From: an uncultured Prevotella sp.
GTDB lineage: Bacteria; Bacteroidota; Bacteroidia; Bacteroidales; Bacteroidaceae
Assembly (NCBI GenBank): GCA_900768785.1
Contig: CAAGEG010000050.1
Coordinates: 16,057 to 80,056 of the forward strand
DNA length: 64,000 nt
Reading direction: 5' to 3'
The notes under the pieces: model-generated
Databases searched by the model: none
What the model saw: the letters and a program-made list of their open reading frames with translations, nothing else
Told to the model about the DNA's origin: nothing
In this document: positions 11,401 through 21,053 of the stretch, piece by piece
Numbering within the stretch: position 1 is the first letter of the stretch
Layout: every line of letters starts with the position of its first letter
Translations under genes and position numbers: made by a program

Positions 11401-11976
11401 GGCTCCCGGTGAGTAAGGCTGAATGGTATATCCCTTGTAGAGCAGACCTTTGTCATAGAGTTGTTTCAACAACCACCACAGAGTTTCAATATATTTGTTG
11501 TCGTAAGTTATATATGGGTGGTCAAGATCAACAAAGTAGCCCATTTTTTCTGTCAGTTCTCGCCATTCGGCAGTGAACATCATGACGTTCTCGCGGCATT
11601 TTTTGTTGTAGTCTTCCACAGAGATATATTTCTCAGAGTCGTGGTTGTCGATGTCTGCTTTTGTTATTCCGAGTTCTTTTTCTACACCGAGCTCTACCGG
11701 AAGTCCGTGAGTATCCCATCCTGCTTTGCGGTGTACCTGATAGCCTTTCATCGTTTTGTAACGGTTGAAAGTATCTTTTATAGCACGAGCAAGCACATGG
11801 TGTATGCCCGGATGACCGTTTGCAGAGGGTGGACCCTCAAAGAATACAAACTGGGGACATCCTTCTCTCTCGCTAATCGTTCTTCTGAAAATGTCTTTCT
11901 CGTTCCATTGTTCAAGAATACTCTTATTTGTGCCGGTCAAATCAAGACCTTTGTGCTCGGCGAACTTATTGGCCAT
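8410..11976 (-). CDS. ileS: Isoleucine--tRNA ligase (type 2)
   Basis: EGPPSANGHPGIHH, WDTHGLPVE, WTTTPWTLP, KMSKH. Confidence 0.97.
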   Translation of the reverse strand: MANKFAEHKGLDLTGTNKSILEQWNEKDIFRRTISEREGCPQFVFFEGPPSANGHPGIHHVLARAIKDTFNRYKTMKGYQVHRKAGWDTHGLPVELGVEKELGITKADIDNHDSEKYISVEDYNKKCRENVMMFTAEWRELTEKMGYFVDLDHPYITYDNKYIETLWWLLKQLYDKGLLYKGYTIQPYSPGAGTGLSSHELNQPGCYRDVKDTTCTALFEIVNPDEKWTKWGTPFFAAWTTTPWTLPSNTALCVGPNIKYVAVETFNPYNDSKMTVVMAESRLDAYLKPEGKDADMDNYKHGDKIIPYRIIGEYTGKDLVGYSYKQLMSWVKPCMKTGALAPEYVEKYAAEHPEKTFIAENGKDEFVEMEECAFRVIPGDYVTTDDGTGIVHIAPTFGADDAKVAKDAHIPSLFLINKKGETRPMVDLEGKYYTVDQLDCNFANACVNINAYSKHAGDFVKNAYKPEFNINGKYDEQAAAKAEDLNIVICMEMKQEGTAWKIEKHVHNYPHCWRTDKPILYYPLDSWFIRSTAKKDRMFELNKTINWQPESTGTGRFGNWLENLNDWNLSRSRYWGTPLPIWRNEDGEEKCIGSLQELYNEIEKSVNAGLMKSNPMKDKGFVPGDYSKDNYDKIDLHRPYVDNIILVSDNGKAMKRETDLIDVWFDSGSMPYAQIHYPFENKEMIDNRKAFPADFINEGVDQTRGWFFTLHAIATMVFDSVAFKNVISSGLVLDAKGNKMSKHVGNVINPFDQIDKYGADPVRFYMMTNSEPWDNLKYDPEGVDEIRRKFFGTLYNTYSFFSLYANVDGFDYSQPDIPVNERPEIDRWILSVLHSLIKGVDKELQNYDPTRAGRLIDKFVNDDLSNWYVRLNRKRFWGKEMDNDKLSAYETLYTCLETVAKLLAPFCPFFADRLFLDLVNATGRSQADSVHLTEFPVADDNLIDSDLEARMEMAQKITSMVLALRRKVNIKVRQPLQCIMIPAVDDAQRKHIEAVKELLTNEVNVKELKFVEGAGILVKKVKCNFRVMGKKFGKLMKGIAASMAELTQEEIMEFEKSGTIDLSIGGENITVETSDVEIISEDIPGWLVANDGNITVALEVELSEELRNEGMARELINRIQNLRKECGLEITDRINVTISPDNRLDAAVKAFDKYIKSQVLADDITIENNNGAEVEFDDFKANVKVEKV

Positions 11977-12244
11977 ATCTGTTTAATTATGTTTTAGCGT
12001 TGTTAATTAATTTAATTTGAGGTTGCAAATCAAAAGATACTCATGACACATATCGGGGTATATGGCAGATGCTCCGTGTGTTCACAACTTTTAGTTTGCA
12101 AAGTTATACAAAACGGATGAAATATACAAGAAAAATAAAGAAAAGCGAAAGCAACTCTTAACCCCTTGCCGTTCATGGGTTTTTGTAGCCTTTTTGCTGA
12201 CAAATTGGTTGGATTGAAGTCGGTTTGGATAATGTTAAAAAATA

Positions 12245-12325
12245 TAACTACGCTATTTAGCACTCCTAAATAACGTAGTTAGCCCTCGTAAATAGCGTGT
12301 TTTTAAGTCGTAAATATGCTGTTTT
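12245..12325. repeat. 16-bp inverted repeat followed by degenerate 22-bp-period units
   Basis: TAACTACGCTATTTAG (12245-12260) / CTAAATAACGTAGTTA (12266-12281); TAAATA recurs at 12267, 12289, 12311. Confidence 0.6.
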
Positions 12326-12427
12326 CAATCGGCATGTGGCATAGTTGTTTTTTTGATGTTCAGACTTGCTTATAGCAAAGCTGTGGATTTGAGGTTGCCG
12401 CAAGCGGGATTGAAACACGTGGGTATG

Positions 12428-13252
12428 CTATTCAATAGGGATTTGTATTATAGATAGCCATTTTTCAGGGTCTTCCTGATTCCACGCACCATCAACATAA
12501 ACAGTTCTCGGATGGTCTGCTATGCGGTATCCGTGCTCATCAAGATAGCGAAAAGCCTCAGTATATGATTCGTAGAAGCGGTCATAAGGACCATAGTGTT
12601 TCATGCAGAGAGCTTTAGGTACCTCTTTTAGCTGTTTGAATTTAATGATTTCAGAGTCGTTGCCAAGTTCTTCTACCTGCTCGCAGTACTCGATATCAAT
12701 GTCGGTAGGTGTGTATTCCTTGTTGTGTTCTATTGTAAAACAATAGCCGGCTGATGAGCATTTGCATCCCAAACGATGCATCTCAGGTCCGATAACGTTT
12801 ACACAGAGTTTGCCCAAATCGCTGTATTGTTTAATAATTCTGCGATGTGAAGCCACGATAATTGCGGGTAATGATTGAATTGAAAACTTTTCCATTGTCT
12901 TGATGTTCTTTTTCGAGTTCGCCATATCGATGAGTTGCTGCCGGCGTTTCAGCAGGTTGCGTATCTGAATATTGCAATCTGCTATCTTTGTTTTCAATTG
13001 ACTGAGAGACGGTTCGTGATACTCTTCATCATAAAGTAACCTTATTTCTTCAAGCGAAAAGCCAAGATTTTTCAACTCACGTATGCTGTTTAGTCTTTGC
13101 ATCTGCTCTATTGAGTAGTATCTGTAACCTGTCCATTGGTCAACATCTGCTGGTTTTAACAGTTCCAAATGTTCATAATGACGTAGCGTCTTTACTGTTA
13201 CCTGCATCAGTTTGGAGAACTCTCCGATTTTTAATTTTGTTTTTTCACTCAT
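12428..13252 (-). CDS. MerR-family regulator with GyrI-like effector domain
   Basis: KIGEFSKLMQVTVKTLRHYE..TGYRYYS HTH; C-terminal HYGPYD..PRTVY. Confidence 0.92.
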   Translation of the reverse strand: MSEKTKLKIGEFSKLMQVTVKTLRHYEHLELLKPADVDQWTGYRYYSIEQMQRLNSIRELKNLGFSLEEIRLLYDEEYHEPSLSQLKTKIADCNIQIRNLLKRRQQLIDMANSKKNIKTMEKFSIQSLPAIIVASHRRIIKQYSDLGKLCVNVIGPEMHRLGCKCSSAGYCFTIEHNKEYTPTDIDIEYCEQVEELGNDSEIIKFKQLKEVPKALCMKHYGPYDRFYESYTEAFRYLDEHGYRIADHPRTVYVDGAWNQEDPEKWLSIIQIPIE

Positions 13253-13292
13253 TGTATCGCGCGATTACATGTTGTTAATTTGAATTCGGTTG

Positions 13293-13326
13293 CAAAGTTA
13301 ATCCATGACCTAAGGTACGAGTCAAG
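13293..13326 (-). promoter_or_regulatory. Promoter of the merR gene with MerR-type operator in a long spacer
   Basis: Minus strand CTTG-N22-TAACTTTG (Bacteroidetes -33/-7); TGAC..GTCA dyad at 13306-13324. Confidence 0.65.
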
Positions 13327-13476
13327 AGTTTGGTCGATAATTAACATATATTTAACACTATGTAAATGTCATGTAATAATCAAAGCTAAGGTATTAAGTC
13401 ATCCTTTAAACGAAACAACGATGTGTCACTCTTGCAGAAAGTGGCACATCGTTGCATGTATTATGTTCTTAAACGT

Positions 13477-15051
13477 TTAGAATTTATATCCCAAAGTAAC
13501 CATTACCTGATGGCGCTTGTTGTCTACTTTAGCTGATTTGCATATATTGTTCATTCCCGCATCCTCGTTTGAAGAAGCAAAATAGCTTGTGAAGGGATAG
13601 AAATCGCCGTTTTGAGCAGTATATTGGTAAGCCAAATCAATATTGAATTTTCCTAAATAATAGCCCAAACCAAAGGTAAAGCGATTGGTATCTTTCCAGT
13701 TTACGAAGTCTGTTTGTGATGCATAGTAAGAGCCCCATGAGTCTATAGTGCTGTCTTTATAGCCGTCTTTTTTGTACATAGGTGATACATAATTGTATCC
13801 GGCACGTATAGCCAACTCTTCAATAGGTTTTGCTTCAATACCAATTTTGAAGGTGCTCACTCCTTTTAATGTTTGTTTGGTGTGGTTATTCATGTCGTGG
13901 TCACTGGAACTTGACTCCCAATATTCGTCATAATACCAATCGTAGGTGCCTCCGGTGTTTTCTCTTGAGTCAAGATGTGAGTAATCGGCATATTCATATC
14001 CTGCACCTATGGCAAGATAGTTGCCTACTGTGGTTCCGAAACTTGCACCGAACTTCCAAGGAGTATAAAGTTTGAAATCATAACTCTCTGAGATATATCC
14101 CGATTCAGCCTGTCCTACGGTGGTCCAGTTGCCTATTTCCGTGTAGTTACTTGTGGTCATGTCATACCACGTTGGCGTAGCTACTGATAGTCCGAAGCGC
14201 ATCGGCGAGTCTTCGATAGGTCGGAAAATAATGCCCGCCTTAACATTAAAGCCCGTTCCGGTTATCTTTCTGTTGTCTGCAATGCCTACATCGCCAATGT
14301 AATTGCCGTCTTCATTCAGTAGAGACTCAAAGTATTCGCTATATCCGTTGTAGTGAACATCGCTAATACCTACTGTAAGCCCCCAATAAATACGGTCGTT
14401 GTGATTGCCACTGATGTTGAATTCATACTCTCCGATATAGCCTGAGCTTGACCTGTCAAACATATATCCATCGGCATTGTTATAGTAGAAATTGCCGGCA
14501 TCGTATAATCCGAGTGCATTATAATAGAGATAATCAACTTGACTAAATGCTCTGCTGTCACCGGTCAGTTCGTTTTGATTTTCTCTTATATTGAAAGCGC
14601 CGAGATAACCTTTAAGTGCCGACAGTTTGTTTTGTGATGCGTTGTTAAGATTGCCTGCTGCCGAGAGTATGTTGTTGAAGTTTCTGCTCTTGTGGTAGTT
14701 GAAAGCGAAGTTCAAAAAAGAGCTTTTGCCGGTTCTCATAGCGTAAACAAAACCTGCTTGATCTAAACTTAGCTTTGATTTGTCTGCGTCGTTGAAGTCG
14801 TTAGCTCCTTGTTGGCTTACAAGACTTGCTGTTATGTTGGCTGTAGAACGTCTGAAAAGACCTATTCCGGCAGGGTTTGTGCCTATGGTAGATATGTCTG
14901 CACCGAGTGCATCCATAGCACCTCCCATTCCCACATAGCGTGCAGTACCGTTGAGATCTTGTGTCGCAAGATTGGCGTTCTCGTAAGTTTCTTGTGCGCT
15001 TAATGGCATCGACAGCAAGGAGGCTGCAAATATTATTGATAGATGTTTCAT
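13477..15051 (-). CDS. FadL/OmpP1-family outer-membrane beta-barrel protein
   Basis: Signal peptide; GTARYVGMGGAMDALGAD..NPAG; C-terminal LGYKF. Confidence 0.85.
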   Translation of the reverse strand: MKHLSIIFAASLLSMPLSAQETYENANLATQDLNGTARYVGMGGAMDALGADISTIGTNPAGIGLFRRSTANITASLVSQQGANDFNDADKSKLSLDQAGFVYAMRTGKSSFLNFAFNYHKSRNFNNILSAAGNLNNASQNKLSALKGYLGAFNIRENQNELTGDSRAFSQVDYLYYNALGLYDAGNFYYNNADGYMFDRSSSGYIGEYEFNISGNHNDRIYWGLTVGISDVHYNGYSEYFESLLNEDGNYIGDVGIADNRKITGTGFNVKAGIIFRPIEDSPMRFGLSVATPTWYDMTTSNYTEIGNWTTVGQAESGYISESYDFKLYTPWKFGASFGTTVGNYLAIGAGYEYADYSHLDSRENTGGTYDWYYDEYWESSSSDHDMNNHTKQTLKGVSTFKIGIEAKPIEELAIRAGYNYVSPMYKKDGYKDSTIDSWGSYYASQTDFVNWKDTNRFTFGLGYYLGKFNIDLAYQYTAQNGDFYPFTSYFASSNEDAGMNNICKSAKVDNKRHQVMVTLGYKF

Positions 15052-15148
15052 TTCTGTTGTTTTTTTCTATGGTTATTCTTTAGTCTGTAATACTTGTTTA
15101 TAGTGGCTTGTTTTGGTGTTTTGAAGTCACGTCAAATGTGTTTGCTTG

Positions 15149-15991
15149 TTATCTTCTTCCACCGAAGTGACCTCCGCCACCGCTTCTGCTACCACCAAAG
15201 GAGCCACCTCCGCCTCCTCCGAACGACCCTCTGCTGCCTCCGAATGAGCTGTTGCCGCTGTTAAACGATGACCTTGACGGAGAGCTGAAGGTGTTTCGGT
15301 TGCTGTTGTCATAGTTGTAAGAGGGACGGTTACTGTTATACTCGTTGTTATATCTGTTAAATTGGCTGTTTCGTTTAAGTGTTGCACGATAAGCATCATC
15401 ACCTTGACGATATGTAAATGCCGAAGATTGTCTGTGTCCGGGCACTCCGTGATTTAGAGTTCCTGTTACTCCGTGTGCCGGTCTTCCGCCTGCAATAATC
15501 ACATGATGCGGATATCCCCATGCCCAAGGTCTGTAAAAGCCATAATAACCATAGTATCCGTAATATCCATACCATGAATCAAACCATGGGTCAAACCAAG
15601 GATCGTACCAGCCATACCTATACGGGTAATAGCCATAATAGTAAGGATTATACCAATAGAAGTCATCAAAGCGGTTCATTCTTCTGCTATAATAGTAGTA
15701 ATCATCATCATCAGCCCCACTATTTATATATATGGTGTCTCTGTAAGGCTGTGAATAGGCATACAAACTATCAGCGAACAAAGAGTCGTTGTTGAGGGTT
15801 TGATAACTGCTGTAAAGGCGTCCGTGACGGTTATACTCATCTACGTCTCTGTCGCAATAGCCATAAGAGGTACTTTTCTTCTTCTCTTTTACCTCTTTAG
15901 TCTTCTTTGGTATAAAATACATGTCATCTTGAGCCGATGTTATGGCGCATACAAAACCGCTCAAGAACATAATAAGAAATAGTTTCTTCAT
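15149..15991 (-). CDS. Secreted hypothetical protein, Tyr/Trp-rich middle and Gly/Ser-rich tail (start placed at MKKLFL)
   Basis: Signal peptide, DDMYF and DVDEYNR motifs, co-oriented with the FadL-like gene. Confidence 0.75.
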   Translation of the reverse strand: MKKLFLIMFLSGFVCAITSAQDDMYFIPKKTKEVKEKKKSTSYGYCDRDVDEYNRHGRLYSSYQTLNNDSLFADSLYAYSQPYRDTIYINSGADDDDYYYYSRRMNRFDDFYWYNPYYYGYYPYRYGWYDPWFDPWFDSWYGYYGYYGYYGFYRPWAWGYPHHVIIAGGRPAHGVTGTLNHGVPGHRQSSAFTYRQGDDAYRATLKRNSQFNRYNNEYNSNRPSYNYDNSNRNTFSSPSRSSFNSGNSSFGGSRGSFGGGGGGSFGGSRSGGGGHFGGRR

Positions 15992-16294
15992 ATTTAACCT
16001 CCTATAAATCTTTAAAAGGCTTTCAACTCTAATGGACATATTTGTGCCAATTATGTGTTACAGCCATAACTTCATGTTGCAAAATTATTGCTATTCCTTT
16101 TGCAAAAATAAGGAAAAACCCTAAACTGAGATAGGTTTTTCCCTAATTTTATATATTTTTGCATGTGGTTTATATGTCGTTATACATACAAGTATAAGGC
16201 TGTTTATGTTGTTTGTGCTTGTATTTATAATAATTTGTGTAAGGATAGATTGTAGTTAGGAACTTTTTCTAAGAAGTATAGCAGTAATGAAGAT

Positions 16295-17176
16295 ATGAAA
16301 TATACAAGATATTCATTTAAGATAACGAGTGCCGATAACAATTCCGAGATGGTTCAATCGGCTTGTGACGTGTTGTGCTCTCTTGTTGCAGAGGTCGGTT
16401 TTGAGTCTTTTGAAGAGACAATCGGCGGGGTTGAAGGTTATATCCCTACCGATTCGGATTGTCGTGAAGCTGTTGATAATGTAATAAGAGAGTTCCCGAT
16501 AGAAGGAATACATATTGATTACAGCTCCAACGAACTGAAAGACGAGAATTGGAATCGTGTTTGGGAGAGTGAAGGCTTTGAACCGATATATGTGTCGGGC
16601 AGATGTGTCATTCACGATATGCTTCATGAGCTGCCTCAAGATGTTGATAAAGACATGGTAGAAATAGTTATTGATACCGAACAAGCCTTTGGTACGGGTA
16701 CTCATGAGACTACATACATGATTGTAGAGCATATCATTTCTATGAATATCGAAGGGAAAAGGGTGCTTGATTGCGGTTGCGGAACGGGGATATTATCTAT
16801 TGTGGCATCTGTTTTTGGCGCACAGAGTGTCGTTGGATATGATATTGACGAATGGAGTGTTAATAATACGCTTCATAATGCAGATATAAACGGAGTCAAG
16901 AATATTGATGTAAGACATGGCGATGCATCGGTTTTAGATGCTGTTGACGGATGTTTTGATGTGGTGATTGCCAATATTAACCGTAACATATTGCTTGCCG
17001 ACATGCCGCAATTCAAAAAGATGATGAGCCCTAATGGCACACTTATACTTAGCGGATTCTATGTTGACGACATCAATATACTTAAAGACGAGGCTGCAAC
17101 GATGGGACTTAGTCTTGATATGACTAAGGAAAAGAACAATTGGGCTATGGCTGTGTTCTCCTTGTCTGGCGATTAA
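16295..17176 (+). CDS. prmA: Ribosomal protein L11 methyltransferase
   Basis: AFGTGTHETT, VLDCGCGTGILS, VIANINRNIL. Confidence 0.93.
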   Translation: MKYTRYSFKITSADNNSEMVQSACDVLCSLVAEVGFESFEETIGGVEGYIPTDSDCREAVDNVIREFPIEGIHIDYSSNELKDENWNRVWESEGFEPIYVSGRCVIHDMLHELPQDVDKDMVEIVIDTEQAFGTGTHETTYMIVEHIISMNIEGKRVLDCGCGTGILSIVASVFGAQSVVGYDIDEWSVNNTLHNADINGVKNIDVRHGDASVLDAVDGCFDVVIANINRNILLADMPQFKKMMSPNGTLILSGFYVDDINILKDEAATMGLSLDMTKEKNNWAMAVFSLSGD

Positions 17177-17177
17177 A

Positions 17178-18014
17178 TCAATCGTTATTGTTGCTTATCG
17201 TGAGTTTTTTCAAGTCGTAGAAGCTGCCGTTGTATATGTTAAAGTCCACGTAACCTTTTATTCCGGGCAGACGTCCTGCGTCTGTATGCTGCCAAAACTT
17301 CCACTTCCCCGAGTACTCAACCTTATCTACATAATAGTGGGCTATCCAATAAGGATAGTCATCAAACACAGGTGCATTAAGGTAATTGGTCTTAAACTTG
17401 TAGTAAGTATATATTATAGGTTTCACATGATACCTGTCTTCAACGATGTGGAGCCATGTTAAGACGTCGCGTTGAAAGTCTTCCACACTCACATCTGCCG
17501 GTTTGTGCTCTATGTCAAGCACGGGTGGCAGGTCGCCGTCTTTTAGTCTTACGGTACGAAGGAAAAAGTATGCTTGGTCTCGTGCTGATGATTTGTTGCT
17601 CCAAAAATGGTATGCACCACGTATAAAGCCATAGTCTAATGCTTGACTGAAGTTTTCTTTGAACATCGGGTCTATTCTTCCCGAACCCTCTGTGGCTTTT
17701 ATGAGAACAAAACGTACGGGACATTTCTCTATCATAGCGTTTCTTAGCAGTTCCCAATCAATATGTCCTTGATAATGACTTATGTCTATGCCTCTTATTT
17801 CGTAGCCTTCGGGGTATTTTACATCGCCATATAAGGCTCTCCAACGAAAGCCGAAAGGTCCAACAAACACATAATAGAAAAACCAGACGTATAGAGCCAC
17901 GACAGCTAAAGCACCTAAAATCCAAGCCCAACGTGTGCGGCTGTTGTATATGGTGCCAAGAAAAGTTTGTCTGTGTCTTGTCTTTCGTCTTCTTATTTGG
18001 CGTTTGTGTGGCAT
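17178..18014 (-). CDS. GH25 lysozyme/muramidase with N-terminal TM anchor
   Basis: GIDISHYQG, IKATEG, GAYHF, PVLDIE, FWQHT. Confidence 0.92.
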   Translation of the reverse strand: MPHKRQIRRRKTRHRQTFLGTIYNSRTRWAWILGALAVVALYVWFFYYVFVGPFGFRWRALYGDVKYPEGYEIRGIDISHYQGHIDWELLRNAMIEKCPVRFVLIKATEGSGRIDPMFKENFSQALDYGFIRGAYHFWSNKSSARDQAYFFLRTVRLKDGDLPPVLDIEHKPADVSVEDFQRDVLTWLHIVEDRYHVKPIIYTYYKFKTNYLNAPVFDDYPYWIAHYYVDKVEYSGKWKFWQHTDAGRLPGIKGYVDFNIYNGSFYDLKKLTISNNND

Positions 18015-18161
18015 GTGATGTAATGGCTTTCAAGTATTAAAAAAAGGAGATAATGGTAAGGAATATGCTTGCCGGTTTATCTCCTTTTTATTATAGCCTT
18101 TAATTATTTTTAATTGTAGTCTTTTGTTTTCAGCACTTATACTTTGTTAATATGCTTTTTG

Positions 18162-19802
18162 TTATTCTTTTTCAAGTGCAAGGGTCTTTGTCGGACGGTC
18201 GCACACTTCGCTTGGTCCCCAATACTGTATTGGTCCGGGGAATATATAGCAAGTGTCAATAGCCCATTTTTCTCTGTTTTCGACAAGAGTTTTGAATGGT
18301 TTGCCGTTCAAATCGACAAGAGCTTTCCTTATTACGGGTTTCATTTCTCCGTTTCTGCGCTCAAGGTTCATCATCATTGTGATTGGCACGCCTCCTGCTA
18401 TCCACTCGTCAGTGGGCTTTGTTGTGTTCTTAACTATTGCCATATAACCTGTCTTTCCATTAGCTATAAGGTGTGCGGCGCTTGTTCCTAATGCGTAACA
18501 ATAGTCGGCATCATAGTTGGAAGGCGTTGCACATCGTCCTTCATAGCCGAAGAAGTGGTGCAAAGCAGCAAACTTTCCGTTATATTTGCCTTCTGCTTTC
18601 ATTTGGTTAAGTTTAGCTTCGCACATGTCAGAGATGAGTTTTTCGGTTTCTATGAGTGATACTTGCACATTGCCGTGAGGGTCTCTGTCAAGTGATAATT
18701 GGCGTGCTACAGCCTTAGGAAGTGTGGCAAATGTGTCTTTGTTCTCTTCGCTGAGATGCGCCATGATGTATTCTCGTTGTGCTTCTTCATCAAGTCCTTT
18801 ATAGTCATTGCCGTGTGTAGCGAGCAAGTCGTTGAGTTCTTCTATCAGTTTTCCAATGGATGGAATGAACTCGATGAGTCCTTCAGGAATGAGAACTACA
18901 CCGAAATTGTTGTTGTTTGCGGCACGTGCGGCTATCGTGTTGCATAGATTGTCTATGATTTGATTGAGAGTAAAGTTCTTAGCCTTTACTTCTTCTGATA
19001 TTATACATACGTTTGGTTGGCATTGTAGAGCACATTCAAGGGCGATATGGCTTGCAGAACGTCCCATGAGTTTAATGAAATGCCAGTATTTGCGTGCAGA
19101 GTTGCAGTCGCGCTCAATGTTGCCTATGAGTTCTGAATAGGTCTTTGTTGCCGTGTCAAAGCCGAAAGAGGTTTCTATTTGTTCGTTCTTCAAGTCGCCG
19201 TCAATGGTCTTCGGACATCCAATCACTTGCACTCCGTAGTTCTTTGCTGCATAGTATTCAGCCAATACGCATGCGTTGGTGTTTGAGTCGTCGCCGCCTA
19301 TTATAACGATAGCTTTGATATCGAGTTGCTTAATTATTTCGTATCCTTTTTCAAACTGTTCGACTTTTTCGAGTTTAGTGCGTCCCGAGCCTATCATATC
19401 AAAGCCTCCGGTGTTGCGATATTCGTCAATAAAGTCTTTTGTTATTTCTATATAGTTGTGGTCAACCAAGCCACCGGGACCTAAGATAAAGCCATATACC
19501 TTGTTGTTAGGGTCAAGTCTCTTAACCGTATCAAAAATACCGGTGATGACATTGTGACCGCCGGGAGCTTGTCCTCCACTAAGAATAACACCTACATTCA
19601 GGGATTTGCTCATGTCTTTGTCTGATGTTTCAAACTCGATAATCGGCATTCCATAGGTGTTGGGGAAGAGGGCTTTGATTTGTTCTTGGTTATCTACGCT
19701 CTGTGTAGCTTCGCCTTCTTTGATTTTAACTGACCCTTTTAATGCTTGTGGTAATTTAGGCTCATAAGAGAGTCTCACTTGTTGAAGTGTGCTTTTTTCC
19801 AT
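18162..19802 (-). CDS. pfp: Pyrophosphate-dependent phosphofructokinase
   Basis: SGGQAPGGHNV, GGDDSNT, PKTIDGD, MGRSASH. Confidence 0.95.
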   Translation of the reverse strand: MEKSTLQQVRLSYEPKLPQALKGSVKIKEGEATQSVDNQEQIKALFPNTYGMPIIEFETSDKDMSKSLNVGVILSGGQAPGGHNVITGIFDTVKRLDPNNKVYGFILGPGGLVDHNYIEITKDFIDEYRNTGGFDMIGSGRTKLEKVEQFEKGYEIIKQLDIKAIVIIGGDDSNTNACVLAEYYAAKNYGVQVIGCPKTIDGDLKNEQIETSFGFDTATKTYSELIGNIERDCNSARKYWHFIKLMGRSASHIALECALQCQPNVCIISEEVKAKNFTLNQIIDNLCNTIAARAANNNNFGVVLIPEGLIEFIPSIGKLIEELNDLLATHGNDYKGLDEEAQREYIMAHLSEENKDTFATLPKAVARQLSLDRDPHGNVQVSLIETEKLISDMCEAKLNQMKAEGKYNGKFAALHHFFGYEGRCATPSNYDADYCYALGTSAAHLIANGKTGYMAIVKNTTKPTDEWIAGGVPITMMMNLERRNGEMKPVIRKALVDLNGKPFKTLVENREKWAIDTCYIFPGPIQYWGPSEVCDRPTKTLALEKE

Positions 19803-19836
19803 AGTTGTAAAGTTATTGTATTTTTGATTTCATTCA

Positions 19837-19946
19837 TAAGTATAGTGTTTAGCCATGCTAAGTATGGTGTTTAGCTATGCTAAGTATGGTGTTTAGCTAT
19901 GCTAAGTATAGTGTTTAGCTATGCTAAGTATGGTGTTTGTCATGGC
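19837..19946. repeat. 5 x 22-bp tandem repeat (TAAGTATRGTGTTTAGCTATGC)
   Basis: Units start at 19837, 19859, 19881, 19903, 19925; intergenic, upstream of pfp. Confidence 0.95.
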
Positions 19947-20090
19947 TAAATAACATAGATAACAGTTGCAAATATAATACTTTTTGTGCAGAAACATTAA
20001 GTCGTGATGTTATTTTTTCGTGAAAACGCATGTGATTAGGGGTCGTTTGTCAATTAAAAGTGTTAGTTTTGCACTTAAAATATATTTGAG

Positions 20091-21053
20091 ATGACAGGTT
20101 CAAACATTTTAAACACTTTTCTGCGTTGCTTACATACAGCCGTCCCGTCGGCGTGGAAGAGTGTCAAATGGCTGTTGAAACTGATGATACCTATATCGTT
20201 GGTGGTTACTCTAATGGACTATTGGGGCGTGTTAGAGTGGTTGGCGTCTTATCTAAACCCGATATTTGTCTATATCGGTCTTCCGGGTTTGTCGGCGGTA
20301 GTCTTTATGTCGGGAGCAGCAGCGGGCACTTATGCCGGCATAGCTGCCATGATGTCTGTTCCGTTGACCATGAAACAGGCAACGATAATAGGGTGTATGA
20401 TAGCTTTGTGTCATGCTTTGCCAATGGAGTGTGCTGTAAACAAGAAGACCGGTTCTTCTTTTTGGCGCATGGCTGTAATACGTATTGTTATGGCTTTTGT
20501 CTGCGCTGTGTTTCTGAATGTGGTGTTATCTGATGACCAAACTCGCTATATTTATATAGGTGTTAGCTCGGATGCGTCTTTTGTAGCCCTGATGAAGACG
20601 TGGATAATATCGCAGATACAGATGTCGTTCATAGTGTTTGTGATTGTTTATTCACTAATGGTGGTCCAGCGTCTTATTGAAGCCTATTCGCTGCTTGTGC
20701 CTTTGTCACGTCTTTTTTCACCATTAATGGCTGTCTTCGGTTTGCCTCGCAATACTGCATACATGTGGCTTGTGGGTAATGTGTTGGGCATTAGCTATGG
20801 TTCGGCTGTTATGGTAGAGCTTGAAGACAAGGGACTTATTAGTAAAGAAGAGGCAAACGATGTGAATTATCATTTGATAATGAACCACTCGTTGTTGGAA
20901 GATACCATAGTCTTTTCGGTAGCCGGCATATCGGCACTATGCTTGGTGACGGTACGTGTTATGTCGGCTTTGATAATGGTGTGGGGACGTAGGTTGCTCA
21001 ACATCGTCAGTGGCAAGATGAGAAGACACACGTTGGTAAAGTTAAAGAGATAA
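20091..21053 (+). CDS. Nucleoside-recognition (Gate) domain membrane protein
   Basis: Multiple TM segments; CHALPME and NHSLLEDT motifs. Confidence 0.75.
   Translation: MTGSNILNTFLRCLHTAVPSAWKSVKWLLKLMIPISLVVTLMDYWGVLEWLASYLNPIFVYIGLPGLSAVVFMSGAAAGTYAGIAAMMSVPLTMKQATIIGCMIALCHALPMECAVNKKTGSSFWRMAVIRIVMAFVCAVFLNVVLSDDQTRYIYIGVSSDASFVALMKTWIISQIQMSFIVFVIVYSLMVVQRLIEAYSLLVPLSRLFSPLMAVFGLPRNTAYMWLVGNVLGISYGSAVMVELEDKGLISKEEANDVNYHLIMNHSLLEDTIVFSVAGISALCLVTVRVMSALIMVWGRRLLNIVSGKMRRHTLVKLKR

Noticed and set aside
16034..16051. sigma54 promoter on the minus strand (TTGGCACAAATATGTCC)
   Set aside because: -24 box is good but there is no GC/GT at the required GG-N10 spacing.
19837..19946. CRISPR array (also 58754-58856, 53650-53802)
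   Set aside because: Units are contiguous with no unique spacers.
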